Shown here: positions 33,450 through 43,196 of the stretch, piece after piece
Layout: the number at the start of each line of letters is the position of its first letter
Numbering within the stretch: position 1 is the stretch's first letter
Source: an uncultured Methanosarcinales archaeon
GTDB lineage: Archaea > Nanobdellota > Nanobdellia > Woesearchaeales > ARS49
Length of the DNA: 53,847 nucleotides
Direction of reading: 5' to 3'
Assembly (NCBI GenBank): GCA_964641265.1
Contig: CAZXKS010000001.1
Location: 12,793 to 66,639 of the forward strand
The notes under the pieces: model-generated
The model's input: only the letters and a program-made list of their open reading frames with translations
What the model was told of the DNA's origin: nothing
Databases searched by the model: none
Translations under genes and position numbers: made by a program

Positions 33450-34417
33450 TTCTCAGTACCGCCTATTACTTCAGTTACTACTGGTTTGTCTTGTTTTACT
33501 TCTTTAACGCCTTTTATTATGCTTAGGATGTCCGCAACCAGCTTTAGGCGTTTTTCTGTAAGTACTCCGTAGCGTTTTATCGTGAATGTGTCCCCTCCTA
33601 TCTTGACTATTTGGAATGCTTGTGGGATTGAAAATCCGCCTCCCAGCTCTATGCTTTTGTTGAATATACTGTTTAGTTCTGGCTGGAAGTGGATGTACAT
33701 TACGCTTTTGGTGAAGTTTATTGTCGCTGGTCCGAACGGTGTTTGTAGTGTCTGGTTTTCTTCTGGTGTTTGGTAGAACATGATGTCTTTGTCTGCGATT
33801 TTTGCCACTTTGCTTTGCCATTCTGTGTTTGGCAGCATGTACTTTTCTCCTTCTTTTGCGACAATTTCCGCAATCACGTTTTTTTCCGTCATGTTTACGA
33901 TTTTGTATTTGAATGCAAACTGCTCGCTTTTGACTACGTCGCCTATGATTGGCGGTTTTTTGAAGAAATTTTCATAAGACGAAAGCGGGAAAGCTTGCAG
34001 TTTATTGATGCTTATGAAGCGATTTATTGTTTTTGTTTTGTTTATTTCAAACACAACTTCTGTTTCGCTCGGTTCTATCCATGTCTCTTTATGTTCTCCT
34101 TCGTGCACGCTTAATATCGCTTCGTCAAAGCCTTGAACTTTTCCGCTTTGGCCTAGAACGAATGTGAATGGTCCTTTGACATAGTTCATTATTTTGTTTT
34201 TTTCTGCGATTTCCGGGTTATTCGTGTCAACGACTGTTCCGTTTTCTAGGTATAGAACAAAATTGATGCTTACCAGGTCTCCATACGTCGCTCCTGGAAG
34301 TGTTACTTTTTCTTCTGTTACATTGAGAGGTATCTCTGGTGCAGGTTTGCCTGTAAAAAATAAAAGAATTGTTCCAACCGCGATTATTCCTAAAATTATG
34401 AGGAGTGTCTTATTCAT
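33446..34417 (-). CDS. Membrane-anchored FKBP-type peptidyl-prolyl isomerase-like protein
   Basis: 323 aa with an N-terminal TM helix. GDLVSINFVLYLENGTVVDTN ... FTFVLGQSGKVQGFDEAILSVHEGE matches the FKBP pattern. Confidence 0.65.
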   Translation of the reverse strand: MNKTLLIILGIIAVGTILLFFTGKPAPEIPLNVTEEKVTLPGATYGDLVSINFVLYLENGTVVDTNNPEIAEKNKIMNYVKGPFTFVLGQSGKVQGFDEAILSVHEGEHKETWIEPSETEVVFEINKTKTINRFISINKLQAFPLSSYENFFKKPPIIGDVVKSEQFAFKYKIVNMTEKNVIAEIVAKEGEKYMLPNTEWQSKVAKIADKDIMFYQTPEENQTLQTPFGPATINFTKSVMYIHFQPELNSIFNKSIELGGGFSIPQAFQIVKIGGDTFTIKRYGVLTEKRLKLVADILSIIKGVKEVKQDKPVVTEVIGGTEN

Positions 34418-34704
34418 CCGATTGCCCGTCTGACATCCACCGCTTCCGCGGATTCCACATCCGGCAAGGCTCTTATCTTTTCTTCAAGCCTGTCCGTGCC
34501 TCCAATGCTTTCGTCCATGACAAAAAGGAGTTTTAATGCCTTCAGCCCATATCCTATCTCTTCTATTTCTTTTCTGATTTCTCCTTCTTTGTGTTTTGGG
34601 TCCACAAAGTCTCTGACATGCTTGCATGCTTCGGTATAAACCTTGTCAAGGTTCACGTCTGGGCCTTTTGGCATGATTTTTAGTGTAACAATGACGCTCG
34701 CCAT
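34414..34704 (-). CDS. ef1b: Translation elongation factor aEF-1 beta
   Basis: 96 aa. MASVIVTLKIMPKGPDVNLDKV... is the typical archaeal EF-1beta size and N-terminus. ATGA-type overlap with the downstream gene. Confidence 0.85.
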   Translation of the reverse strand: MASVIVTLKIMPKGPDVNLDKVYTEACKHVRDFVDPKHKEGEIRKEIEEIGYGLKALKLLFVMDESIGGTDRLEEKIRALPDVESAEAVDVRRAIG

Positions 34705-34872
34705 TTAGTTTGGCCCCTCAAATCCGCATTCAGGGCAGGTGTACTTGGAAGCTATTTCTCTGCAGTGCGCGCATCTTATGATTTCGTATTTCAAGCATTT
34801 TGGGCATTTAAAGCGCGCTATGCCGACTTGTCCGGTTATGGCTTCTTTGCACGTTAAACAGCTTGTTGTCAT
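34705..34872 (-). CDS. Small Zn-ribbon protein (the archaeal partner usually found upstream of aEF-1 beta)
   Basis: Below the ORF-track size cutoff. Hand translation gives MTTSCLTCKEAITGQVGIARFKCPKCLKYEIIRCAHCREIASKYTCPECGFEGPN (55 aa, four CxxC pairs). Its stop abuts the ef1b ATG. Confidence 0.8.
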   Translation of the reverse strand: MTTSCLTCKEAITGQVGIARFKCPKCLKYEIIRCAHCREIASKYTCPECGFEGPN

Positions 34873-35050
34873 ATGTCGTGCAGAACGGCACGGCTTTAAA
34901 AATGTTATGATTGTTAAGTCGAGACTTTATAGCCTGTACCCACCTGCTAAATTGAATAGCGGCTCGCAACGCCTGATTAAGACATGTGCCAAATACACCA
35001 TCCTCCAGAGATAACAAAAGTATATAAATGCAGTTTGAGGCTTTTTGAGT

Positions 35051-37114
35051 ATGGGTGCTAAGTCATTTTTGCTTTTTGGGAGACGGGAATCTTCTGCTTT
35101 GGACGTTAAAGAGCAGCGCTTGAAGGAGCTTGAGAGTTTGATTGCTGAAAGGCGCAATGAATTGGCTGGTCTTAAGCGCGAGGCTGAGAAGGCAAAGAAG
35201 GAAGAGCAGGTTTTGAAGTCTTTGCGTAATGAAGTTAACACCCGTATAAAGCTGTCCGAGCGTAAAGAGTCTCATTTGCATGAGCTTGAAAGGGATATTT
35301 CTCAGCGTACAAAGGCTTTGGGTGATAAAGAGGCGTTTATTCAGGGTTTGAAGCGTGAAGAGCAGGCATTGCGTTCTAGCATTGCTGACTTGGAGCGTGC
35401 TTTTAATGAGAAAAAGTCTGCTTTGAACGAGAGGCAGAATGCCATGCTGAAGCTTGCTCAAGAAGTGGATGCTCTAACCCGAAAGCGCGATGAGTACAAG
35501 CGTTTGGAAGTTGCTGCAAAGGGGCTTGTTCTTAAAAACAATCAGATGCAACAGGAAGTCGCAAAGAAGGAGAGGCGTGTTGCTGATGGCGCGTCTTTGC
35601 TTTCTAAAATGGAAGAAGATGTTGGAGAAAGAAAACAGCACTTGGCTGAATTGAAGGTTAAAATTGATCAGGCAATTGTCATGAAAAGGCAGCTTGATGC
35701 TGATGTTGCGTCAGCGAAGAAGTCCATTCTTACTGCTGAACGTGAGCTTGCAGACATGGAGGATGCTGTTAAAAGTGTTATTAATACTAAGGAACAATTG
35801 GAAAGAAAGAGTGTATTGTTGCGCGATCGTGAGAAGCGTTTGGCTGATCAGGAAAGTAGGATTGAGCAAAAAAAGAGTGAGCTTGGAAGCTTGCGACAGG
35901 AGACTGAGGGTGCTAAGAAGAGTAGGCAGGAGTTGATTGCTTTGCTTGAAGATAAAAAGCATGTTCTTGAAGAGCTCAAGACAGCTATTGTTCAGAATCA
36001 CCAGTCTATTAAAGAGTTGCACGAGAGTGAGCGGGAGGCGCGCAAGTCAGCGCAGGATTTAATATCAGCTCAAAGTGAGAGTGATAAGAAGCTGAAGCTG
36101 CTCGAGTCCAGAGAGAAAGAATTGATGCGCAGGGAAGCCGCTATTGTAGATCATGACAAGGCATTGAAGGAAGCTGCAGGCATGCTTGGCAAGGATAAAA
36201 AGGAATTTGCTGACGAGGTCAATGCAAGAAAGGCTGAATTGTTGTTGCTTCGCCAGGAGTGGGAGAAGAAGTTTAAGGAGTTCCAGGGGGAGAAGAGTGA
36301 TTTGCAGCGTGAAAAGTTTGATGTGCGCAAGCTTGTGGAATCTGACGTTCTTGCCTTGAAGGATAAGGAAGACGAATTGGTCGAGGCTATCGCCATGCTT
36401 GAGCGTGATAAGGACAAATTGCAGGCTGAGGAAAAATCGTTGCTGAAGAGTATTTCAGAGTTAGAGAAAGTTAAGGATTCCCTTGAGCGTGAAAAGCAGA
36501 CTATTGCTTCTAAAGAAAAGCGGGTTTTGGGCGGCGAGCGCGTCTTGCAGAAGGGCATAAAGTTTATTGATGATGAAAAAAGAAAGATCGAAAAGGAAAA
36601 AGACATGATTTATCGTGCGCGGGAGTTAAAGAAGATTCTTCCGAAGATGGAGCAGAGGTATGAGGAATTGCGCGGGTCTGTTTCAAAAACCGAAGCTAGG
36701 CTTATGGAGGTTGGTACAAGGCCATCAGCCATTAGGACTTTTAAGGAGCGTGAAAAGGAATTGCAGATGAGGGAAAAAGGGGTTCATATGGAGTTTAAGA
36801 AATTAATTGAGAAGGAAGGTGAAGTTGAGGCTTTGGAGCAGAGGAAGGAGCGTGCGTTTTCTGAATATTTGCGCGAGGAGGTTGAGCGTGCTCAGTTGGG
36901 TAAGCCCGGCAGAGAATCGCCTAATCCTGAAATTCATGGCATGATTGATGATGCTCGTGAGAAAGTCATGCGTGGTAATATTGATGAGGCCGTTCTCGTT
37001 CTTTCCCAGGCCGAGTTTTTGGTTGACAAGCTTCAGAATCAGGAGCAAAGGCGCCTGTTCATGTATGATATTCGTGATTTGAAAACAAGTATTAAGCTTG
37101 CTTCGCTTACTTAG
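35051..37114 (+). CDS. Long K/E-rich coiled-coil protein, no enzymatic motif
   Basis: 687 aa from ATG 35051, with TATA AAGTATATAAA about 25 nt upstream. Nearly continuous heptad-like E/K/L/R sequence. No Walker motif and no signal peptide. Confidence 0.65.
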   Translation: MGAKSFLLFGRRESSALDVKEQRLKELESLIAERRNELAGLKREAEKAKKEEQVLKSLRNEVNTRIKLSERKESHLHELERDISQRTKALGDKEAFIQGLKREEQALRSSIADLERAFNEKKSALNERQNAMLKLAQEVDALTRKRDEYKRLEVAAKGLVLKNNQMQQEVAKKERRVADGASLLSKMEEDVGERKQHLAELKVKIDQAIVMKRQLDADVASAKKSILTAERELADMEDAVKSVINTKEQLERKSVLLRDREKRLADQESRIEQKKSELGSLRQETEGAKKSRQELIALLEDKKHVLEELKTAIVQNHQSIKELHESEREARKSAQDLISAQSESDKKLKLLESREKELMRREAAIVDHDKALKEAAGMLGKDKKEFADEVNARKAELLLLRQEWEKKFKEFQGEKSDLQREKFDVRKLVESDVLALKDKEDELVEAIAMLERDKDKLQAEEKSLLKSISELEKVKDSLEREKQTIASKEKRVLGGERVLQKGIKFIDDEKRKIEKEKDMIYRARELKKILPKMEQRYEELRGSVSKTEARLMEVGTRPSAIRTFKEREKELQMREKGVHMEFKKLIEKEGEVEALEQRKERAFSEYLREEVERAQLGKPGRESPNPEIHGMIDDAREKVMRGNIDEAVLVLSQAEFLVDKLQNQEQRRLFMYDIRDLKTSIKLASLT

Positions 37115-37122
37115 TAAATGCA

Positions 37123-38202
37123 TTAAGTAGAGATTATATTGTCTTTTATTGTGAATATTTTTCCTAGGAATGTTTCAACAACTTCTATGTTTGTTTGCGC
37201 GTGTGATGTTATTTTTGTTGTTTTGAAACTGCTCGGTCTGCATAGCGCGATTAATGGTATCATGTTATCTGCGAGATGGCTGTCCACCGGTGCGTTTTCT
37301 TGTATTTCTTTGAGTAGTTTTTGTGCTGCTTCTGAACCCACCAGTTCTGCTGGCTTGCCCGGCTCTCCGAGAGCATCTGCGCCTAGTCTTATTGGGTTTT
37401 CTGCGTCTATGTCTTCTTTGTCTGTTGAGTATATTGCCCAGAGCGTGATGCCGGATCCTGCTGATAGCGTGTCTGCGTATTCTGTTGTTATTTCTATTGG
37501 CACTTTTAGTTTTGTGAGCATTTGTTTTGCAGCGTTTGCCTGTCTTTCTGCTACTTGTGCTTTTGCAAGATTCTTGCTTGCATGAGAAACTCCCTTGATG
37601 CTTATGAGCTGGCCTTGTTTTAACAAGTTGAATGCTTTGTGTTTTAGTGCTGCTTGAAAAGCCTCAAATGTTTCAAACTCGTTTCTTTTTATTTCTGGTT
37701 TTATGGTCAGTTCTACTTGGCCTCCTCCTTTTGGGTAATAGCCTCGTTTCATCAGCTTAACTTCCAGTCCACACACTCTTCTGTATTGTGGCACGAGGAC
37801 GTTTGTGAGGTAATCTATTGGCATGCTCCATTGTGTGTCTGTGCCTCCTACGAGTGTTAGCGTGTGCGTTTTTTGTGCGAACATGCATGGCAGTAATACT
37901 GCTTGTAGAAGGAGTGTTACGCTGCCTGCTGTTCCTATGTCTATTTTCATATTTTTTGCTGAGATTTTTCCTGGAACATAAAGCAGTTCTCTGCTTCCTA
38001 TTTCTGCGCCTTCTGCTTTTGCATTGCAGAGCTGTTGTAATGCTTTTACGCAGTGCACGTGCTGTGCTTTTAATCCTGGGTCTTTTCTTGCTTCTCGTAT
38101 TTTGGTCACGCGGAATGCTTGTCCTGTTAGGCTGCTTAGGGCAAGTGCTGTTCTCGCGATTTGGCCTCCAGCCTCTCCCATGCTGCCATCAAGAACTATC
38201 AT
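37123..38202 (-). CDS. rtcA: RNA 3'-terminal phosphate cyclase
   Basis: 359 aa. DGSMGEAGGQIARTALALSSLTGQ and the PGLKAQH region are typical of RtcA. Confidence 0.9.
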   Translation of the reverse strand: MIVLDGSMGEAGGQIARTALALSSLTGQAFRVTKIREARKDPGLKAQHVHCVKALQQLCNAKAEGAEIGSRELLYVPGKISAKNMKIDIGTAGSVTLLLQAVLLPCMFAQKTHTLTLVGGTDTQWSMPIDYLTNVLVPQYRRVCGLEVKLMKRGYYPKGGGQVELTIKPEIKRNEFETFEAFQAALKHKAFNLLKQGQLISIKGVSHASKNLAKAQVAERQANAAKQMLTKLKVPIEITTEYADTLSAGSGITLWAIYSTDKEDIDAENPIRLGADALGEPGKPAELVGSEAAQKLLKEIQENAPVDSHLADNMIPLIALCRPSSFKTTKITSHAQTNIEVVETFLGKIFTIKDNIIST

Positions 38203-38265
38203 AAGTTACAAAAAAAGAATTCAGTATATAAAAGTTAATAGAAAAAAATAAAAATAATAAAAAAT

Positions 38266-38526
38266 TTAGCCTAAGTCTAGCGTGTCAAGCTCTGCTAGGT
38301 CTGCGTCGAGCGCGTCAAGTTCGCTCGTGTCGAGTTCTTTTTCGAGCGCGTCGACTTCAGCCATTGAGCTTTCAATGTCTGATACTACTTGTTCAGTTGG
38401 CCCTGTTACAGGTGCTTCCGGTATTGCTGGAGGCGCCATTTTTGGTTTTGGCGCGCAGCTGACTAGCAATATCAGTGCCAGGCTTATCACTATAAACGCG
38501 GTTTTCATCTGCATAGCAATCACCAT
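38266..38526 (-). CDS. Small secreted acidic lipoprotein-like protein
   Basis: Signal plus LLVSC lipobox-like site, a P/A-rich linker, then acidic ELD/ALD repeats. The start may be an internal ATG (MQMKT or MKT). Confidence 0.5.
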   Translation of the reverse strand: MVIAMQMKTAFIVISLALILLVSCAPKPKMAPPAIPEAPVTGPTEQVVSDIESSMAEVDALEKELDTSELDALDADLAELDTLDLG

Positions 38527-38540
38527 CCACTATTTAAGTT

Positions 38541-39704
38541 TTATTGCTGCGCAGTCGCGTTAGCGCTGGCTGATGCATTAGTTGCTGTGCCATTAGTGCT
38601 TGCACTTGTGTCTGCGTCAGAGTCTTCCTCAGACTCATCTTCATCAGCTTCTTCAGACTCATCTTCTTTAGCTTCGTCCTTATCAGCTTCTTCAGACTCA
38701 TCTTCTTTAGCTTCTGGCTGTTCAGCTTCTTCAAGCGCTTTTGCATCTTTGCCTTTGATCTGGCGTACTAGGTCTCGCAGCAGCATTTGTGCATCTTTCA
38801 GAGCTTTATGGCTTGCTCGCAACTTTTCTGTTGCTTGCTTCATCAGCTCATCTTTCTGGCCTGGTTCTGCAGCTCTTGCTTGCTCTCTCAGCTTTTGTGC
38901 TTCTTCGTACAAGCTTCGTGCTTCAGCTATCTTGGCTTTGAAAGCATCTGTGCTGATTCCGCTTATATCCTTGCCTTTCTTTTCCATGTGTGCAAGGACT
39001 TTGTCAAGCCTTTGCTCTAAGTGCGCAGCTTTATTTAGTGCGTTCTTGAGTTTTCCTGCTACAAGCTCATGCGCTACTTTTCGCATTGCGTGCTTTGTCT
39101 TTTGTGCTTTCTCGCGCACTTCCTTTGCGACCTTTTTGACTTCTTCAGTCGTTGCTTCTTCAGTTACTGCTTCAGAAGCCTCGGCTGCTTCGCTTGCTTC
39201 TGCTATTTGCTCGTCAATCTCGGCTAGCAATTGTGCTTTTTGTTCTTCTCGCAAGTCTGAAGCTCTAACCTTATTGGCTGCTTCCATGAGTATCGCTCGC
39301 ATTTTATCTAGCGATTCCTTCAATGTCGCTTTTGCTTCTACGCGTGCGCCTTTTCTTGCTGTCCTGCACTCTTCGCTTGCTTTATCTTCGCACTTTACCT
39401 TTAGCTCTTCGCGTATGGCTTTGAGTGCTTCTTTTCTTGAAGCAAACGCTTCTTTGCGCATTTCTCTTGCTTCTTTGGCTTCTTCACGCATGCCTTTCGC
39501 TCCTTCTCTTACTTCTTTCATGCGCTCTCTGGCCATGTCGCGTCTACTATCTACTTTCTCCACTGTTTCGTCTGCAGTATCTGTATCTGCAGTTTCCGTG
39601 CTCCCTGAATCGTTGCTTGTTTCATTGTCAGTGCCTTCTTCGGCAATTGCCAATGGTGCCAAGCTCATCAGCATCAGGATGAGCAACGCCATTATTTTTC
39701 TCAT
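38541..39704 (-). CDS. Secreted coiled-coil protein with a tandem-repeat acidic tail
   Basis: 387 aa with signal MRKIMALLILMLMSLAPLAIA, an A/E/K/R helical body, and a DESEEAD(K/E)DE repeat tail. Confidence 0.65.
   Translation of the reverse strand: MRKIMALLILMLMSLAPLAIAEEGTDNETSNDSGSTETADTDTADETVEKVDSRRDMARERMKEVREGAKGMREEAKEAREMRKEAFASRKEALKAIREELKVKCEDKASEECRTARKGARVEAKATLKESLDKMRAILMEAANKVRASDLREEQKAQLLAEIDEQIAEASEAAEASEAVTEEATTEEVKKVAKEVREKAQKTKHAMRKVAHELVAGKLKNALNKAAHLEQRLDKVLAHMEKKGKDISGISTDAFKAKIAEARSLYEEAQKLREQARAAEPGQKDELMKQATEKLRASHKALKDAQMLLRDLVRQIKGKDAKALEEAEQPEAKEDESEEADKDEAKEDESEEADEDESEEDSDADTSASTNGTATNASASANATAQQ
38643..38714. repeat. 39-nt period tandem repeat inside the 38541..39704 CDS
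   Basis: An identical 33-mer ATCAGCTTCTTCAGACTCATCTTCTTTAGCTTC occurs at 38643-38675 and 38682-38714. It encodes the acidic tail repeats. Confidence 0.85.
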
Positions 39705-39929
39705 GTTTCCACCTCCAATGTGGTATTGTAATTTGTTTTCATGTGATTATCTATGTACAGAGTGTTTAAATAGATACTTTTCAAAAACTCCAATTCTTTC
39801 GCAATTAAGAACCATTAACACTTTACAAAAGTTCATCTATCCTCTAATTGCTTAAAGAAGCACTATTCAGTCTCTTTTTACCAAAATAAGCACGTTTTCA
39901 GCACAGCATATCACATAATCTTTATATAT

Positions 39930-40622
39930 ATGAATGTGTTTGTCGTATGTATGAGATTGTTTTGGGTGGTTTGGCTCCTAATCTTGCCTTCAGTTTTGGG
40001 AGTTACTATTCATGGGACCGTGTATGATTTTGGGCTTGATAGGCTCTCTAATGCTGTTGTTGAGATAGACACTTCTCCAAAACAACAAATGGTTGCCAAG
40101 AACGGCACGTATTCTTTTACTGTTCCTGCCGGAACTTATACGTTGAAGGCAAGGCATGAAAAGTCTGATGCGGAAGTAGTAGAAAACATTTCTGCCATTT
40201 CTGAGGGTGATTATGTATTTGACTTGATCTTGTTTCCTTCCTTGGAAAGCGAGGAAGCTTTGTTGGAAGAGGAGCTTGAAGTTCCGATGGTTGAGGAGAT
40301 CATTGAGGACAGGCCTGTTTCTCAGTGGCTGCTTTGGCTTGTAGTTTTTGTGCTGCTTGGTTATGTTGTGTACAAGGTTTCTCGAAAGCCTGTTGTGGAA
40401 AAGGAAGTTATCAAGGAAATCAAGGAGGTTGCTGTTCACGAGGAGCTGCAGAAGATTTTGGAGTTTGTTGAGAAGGAAGGCGGGCGTACTACTCAGAAGG
40501 ATATTAGGAAGAATTTTCCTTACTCTGAGGCCAAGATTTCTTTGATGATTGATGATCTTGAAGCTAAAGGCTTGGTTAAGAAGATTAAAAAAGGAAGGGG
40601 AAATTTGATTCTTAAGGCATGA
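39930..40622 (+). CDS. Membrane protein: extracellular CarboxypepD_reg-like domain, TM helix, cytoplasmic wHTH
   Basis: 230 aa. GTIHGTVYD...GTYSFTVPAGTYTL pattern, TM WLLWLVVFVLLGYVVY, C-terminal GGRTTQKDIRKNFPYSEAKISLMIDDLEAKGLVKK. Confidence 0.65.
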   Translation: MNVFVVCMRLFWVVWLLILPSVLGVTIHGTVYDFGLDRLSNAVVEIDTSPKQQMVAKNGTYSFTVPAGTYTLKARHEKSDAEVVENISAISEGDYVFDLILFPSLESEEALLEEELEVPMVEEIIEDRPVSQWLLWLVVFVLLGYVVYKVSRKPVVEKEVIKEIKEVAVHEELQKILEFVEKEGGRTTQKDIRKNFPYSEAKISLMIDDLEAKGLVKKIKKGRGNLILKA

Positions 40623-41779
40623 AACTTGTAGCAGGCATTGATCCAGGCACGACTGTTGGTTGGGCTGTTTTGGACTTGCATGGCAAAGTTTTAGCTGTTG
40701 GTTCTCAGAAAGAGCTGGATCTTGATTCGCTTGTTGCGCTTTTAACAAAATTAGGCAAAGGCATTGTAATTGGCAGTGATAAAGCAAAGATTCCGTCGTT
40801 TGTTGAGGAAACCGCAACAAAGCTTGGTGCAAGGCTGGTTGGTCCTGCTCAGGATGTGCGAGTTGATGAAAAACGGGTAATGACATCTCATCTTTCTTTC
40901 AATAACACTCACGAGATGGATGCTTTGGCAAGCGCATTGATTGCTTTCAAGAAAATTCAGCCATTGTTGAATAAGATTCGTATTTTTTTGGAGCGTGAGA
41001 AAAAACTAGGTTTGTTTGAGGACGTGGCTGAACTGGTATTAAAGGAAGAGATTAGTATTCGTGCTGCCTCGTTGTTATTGACTCCGAAAAAAGATGTGAA
41101 AGAGGAATATCAGACTTTCCAGGAACAGAAGCGGGACGAGGATATAGTGCAATTGTATCAGGCGCTTTCACGTGTAAGAAAGGACAATGCTGTATTGGCT
41201 GGAAAGAATCGTGAGTGGGAAGAGAAAGTGTTTACGCTTGAGCAACAAATTCAATTATTGCAACAGCGGACTGCTGGTTTGGTGAAGCCTAAAACGCCTG
41301 CTGATATTGCACGGGTGAAGGATGGCCAGATTCAGTCATTATCGCAGCGCTTGAAGAATTCGTTGCAGATGCAGTCTAAATTGATGAACGTGATTGAGAG
41401 GTTGGAAAAATTATTGTTGCGGCAGGATAAGGTGCCGTTGTTGCGTCTTGAGCATCTGGGCTGGGATGATGTGATGAGGAATAAAGAATTGATAACAGAG
41501 GGTTCTGTATTGTTTGTTGATGATGCGAATACGATGAGTAATAAGGCGGTTGAATGGTTGAGTTCGCAGGGAGTGCAGATTTTGATTTGTGGCAGGTTGC
41601 CTGGTCATCGGGCGCGTGCGCAATTGCCTTTTGCTTGCGTGCCGGCTGAAGAATGTGAATTGTTGAATAAGATTGCTCTAGTAAAGAGAGACTGGCTGGA
41701 TAAAGTGCGCGCTGAACGTGTTGTATTGGCAAAGGTTGTTGAGGAGTACAAGAAGGAACGTTTACCTGATAGTTCTTGA
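40619..41779 (+). CDS. DUF460-type archaeal RNase-H-fold (RuvC/YqgF-like) protein
   Basis: 386 aa. MKLVAGIDPGTTVGWAVLDLHGKVL N-terminus, a central coiled coil, and ATGA overlap with the upstream gene. Confidence 0.65.
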   Translation: MKLVAGIDPGTTVGWAVLDLHGKVLAVGSQKELDLDSLVALLTKLGKGIVIGSDKAKIPSFVEETATKLGARLVGPAQDVRVDEKRVMTSHLSFNNTHEMDALASALIAFKKIQPLLNKIRIFLEREKKLGLFEDVAELVLKEEISIRAASLLLTPKKDVKEEYQTFQEQKRDEDIVQLYQALSRVRKDNAVLAGKNREWEEKVFTLEQQIQLLQQRTAGLVKPKTPADIARVKDGQIQSLSQRLKNSLQMQSKLMNVIERLEKLLLRQDKVPLLRLEHLGWDDVMRNKELITEGSVLFVDDANTMSNKAVEWLSSQGVQILICGRLPGHRARAQLPFACVPAEECELLNKIALVKRDWLDKVRAERVVLAKVVEEYKKERLPDSS

Positions 41780-42205
41780 GAGTGTATCCAGGTCTATTTC
41801 TTTTTTTGCTCCGCTTTTGATGTTTTTTATTTGTGCTCTGTGACCGATGTTAAGGATTTCGACTTGCTCGCCGTGAAGAGTTATGATGTCTCCGCGTTTA
41901 AAGGGCAGCACTTTGAAGAGTACAGTAACTCTATACAAAAGTTTGCTTGTCGTTTTGTCTACTGTGTGTAATCTTCTGCTCGTTTTGAGTATGCCTGAGA
42001 ATTTTTCTTTGATTTTTCTTCCCAAGTTTTGCAGATAGTGCTGATCTGTTATATAGAGGTCTATGCCATTTGTTACTTTTTTTTCCTTGACCACTCTTGC
42101 CCTTCCATCTTTTTTTATTTTGCCATGTATCCATTCCAGCAGTTCTTTGTTTCCGTCTCTTATCTGCAGTATTCCTTCGAAATAGTCGCCTGGACGCTGT
42201 TTCAT
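41762..42205 (-). CDS. NMD3-related protein (short archaeal form)
   Basis: 147 aa. FEGILQIRDGNKELLEWI and the following beta-rich region resemble the NMD3 core without the N-terminal Zn fingers. Confidence 0.5.
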   Translation of the reverse strand: MKQRPGDYFEGILQIRDGNKELLEWIHGKIKKDGRARVVKEKKVTNGIDLYITDQHYLQNLGRKIKEKFSGILKTSRRLHTVDKTTSKLLYRVTVLFKVLPFKRGDIITLHGEQVEILNIGHRAQIKNIKSGAKKEIDLDTLSRTIR

Positions 42206-42259
42206 TTTAGTATATGCTAAAACAAAACCTTTTTAAGTCTTTGTAGGAAAGTTGTGTTA

Positions 42260-42877
42260 ATGGGTTTTAAGGAATCGTTGAAAAAGGTTTGGTATTTTTT
42301 GTGGGAAGAGGAGAGTATTTGGAGTTGGATTGCTAACGTCATTCTTGCTTTTGTTATTATCAAGTTTTTGCTTTATCCTGGTCTTGGTTTTGTTTTGGGC
42401 ACTCCTGCTCCTATTGTTGCTGTGGTTTCTGGCAGCATGGAGCATGATGGTGATTTTGACCAGTTTTGGTCTGTTCCCATGTGTTGTAATGCTGCCTGCA
42501 CTAAGCAGGTTGTGCAGGGCGAATATTATGAGAATATTAATTTGTCTCGTGCTGAGTTCCGTGATTTTGATTTTGTGAATGGTTTTAATAAGGGCGACAT
42601 TATGATTTTGTACAGTCCTGAAAAGGCAGTTGTTGGTGACGTGATTGTTTATTTGGTCGAACACCGTCCTGATCCTATTATTCATCGTGTGATAAAGACT
42701 TCAGTTGAGAATGATAGAACGTTGTTCTGGACTAAGGGTGATCATAATTGTGATGTTGGGCCTTTTGAGCTTCACATTCCTGAGGAGCACGTTATTGGCA
42801 AGGCTGTTTGGCGCGTGCCTTTCCTTGGCTGGGTTAAGATTATTGCGGTTGGCCTGTGGCAGACCGTGGTGGGGTGA
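42260..42877 (+). CDS. Type I signal peptidase (archaeal/ER S26B type)
   Basis: ATG at 42260 (a GTG at 42254 is also possible). TM anchor, catalytic SGSMEHDG, IIHRV and GDHN motifs. Confidence 0.8.
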   Translation: MGFKESLKKVWYFLWEEESIWSWIANVILAFVIIKFLLYPGLGFVLGTPAPIVAVVSGSMEHDGDFDQFWSVPMCCNAACTKQVVQGEYYENINLSRAEFRDFDFVNGFNKGDIMILYSPEKAVVGDVIVYLVEHRPDPIIHRVIKTSVENDRTLFWTKGDHNCDVGPFELHIPEEHVIGKAVWRVPFLGWVKIIAVGLWQTVVG

Positions 42878-42881
42878 GAAT

Positions 42882-43196
42882 ATGTTGTTTTGTCCGAAAT
42901 GTAAAAGCATTATGATGCCGAAGGCTGTTGGTGGCAAGAAGCAGTTTGTTTGCAGTTGTGGTTACAAGCAGGCTGCTGAGAGTGTGACGATTACTGAGAC
43001 TACTAAAGAGAAGCCAAAGGAATTTGTTGTTATTGAGAAAGAGCCTACTGCCAATATCATCATTGATGCTGACTGCCCTAAATGTGGTCCTGTGAAAGCA
43101 GAGTATTGGGAGATTCAAACAAGAGCTGCTGATGAACCAGCTACGAGATTTCATAAGTGCTCAAAGTGTGGTCATACTTGGCGCGAATATAAGTAG
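42882..43196 (+). CDS. tfs: Transcription factor S (TFS/RpoM-like)
   Basis: 104 aa from ATG 42882. N-terminal Zn ribbon CPKC...CSC; C-terminal CPKCG...QTRAADEPATRFHKCSKCGHTW. Confidence 0.9.
   Translation: MLFCPKCKSIMMPKAVGGKKQFVCSCGYKQAAESVTITETTKEKPKEFVVIEKEPTANIIIDADCPKCGPVKAEYWEIQTRAADEPATRFHKCSKCGHTWREYK

Noticed and set aside
38587-39855. A 422-aa plus-strand ORF, among the longer ORFs in the track.
   Set aside because: It is the antisense shadow of the secreted coiled-coil gene 38541..39704. Its translation is S/A/L/F low complexity with no start context. The same applies to 8315..9298(-), 23878..24600(-), 39990..40886(-), 51178..52464(-) and 20966..21451(-).
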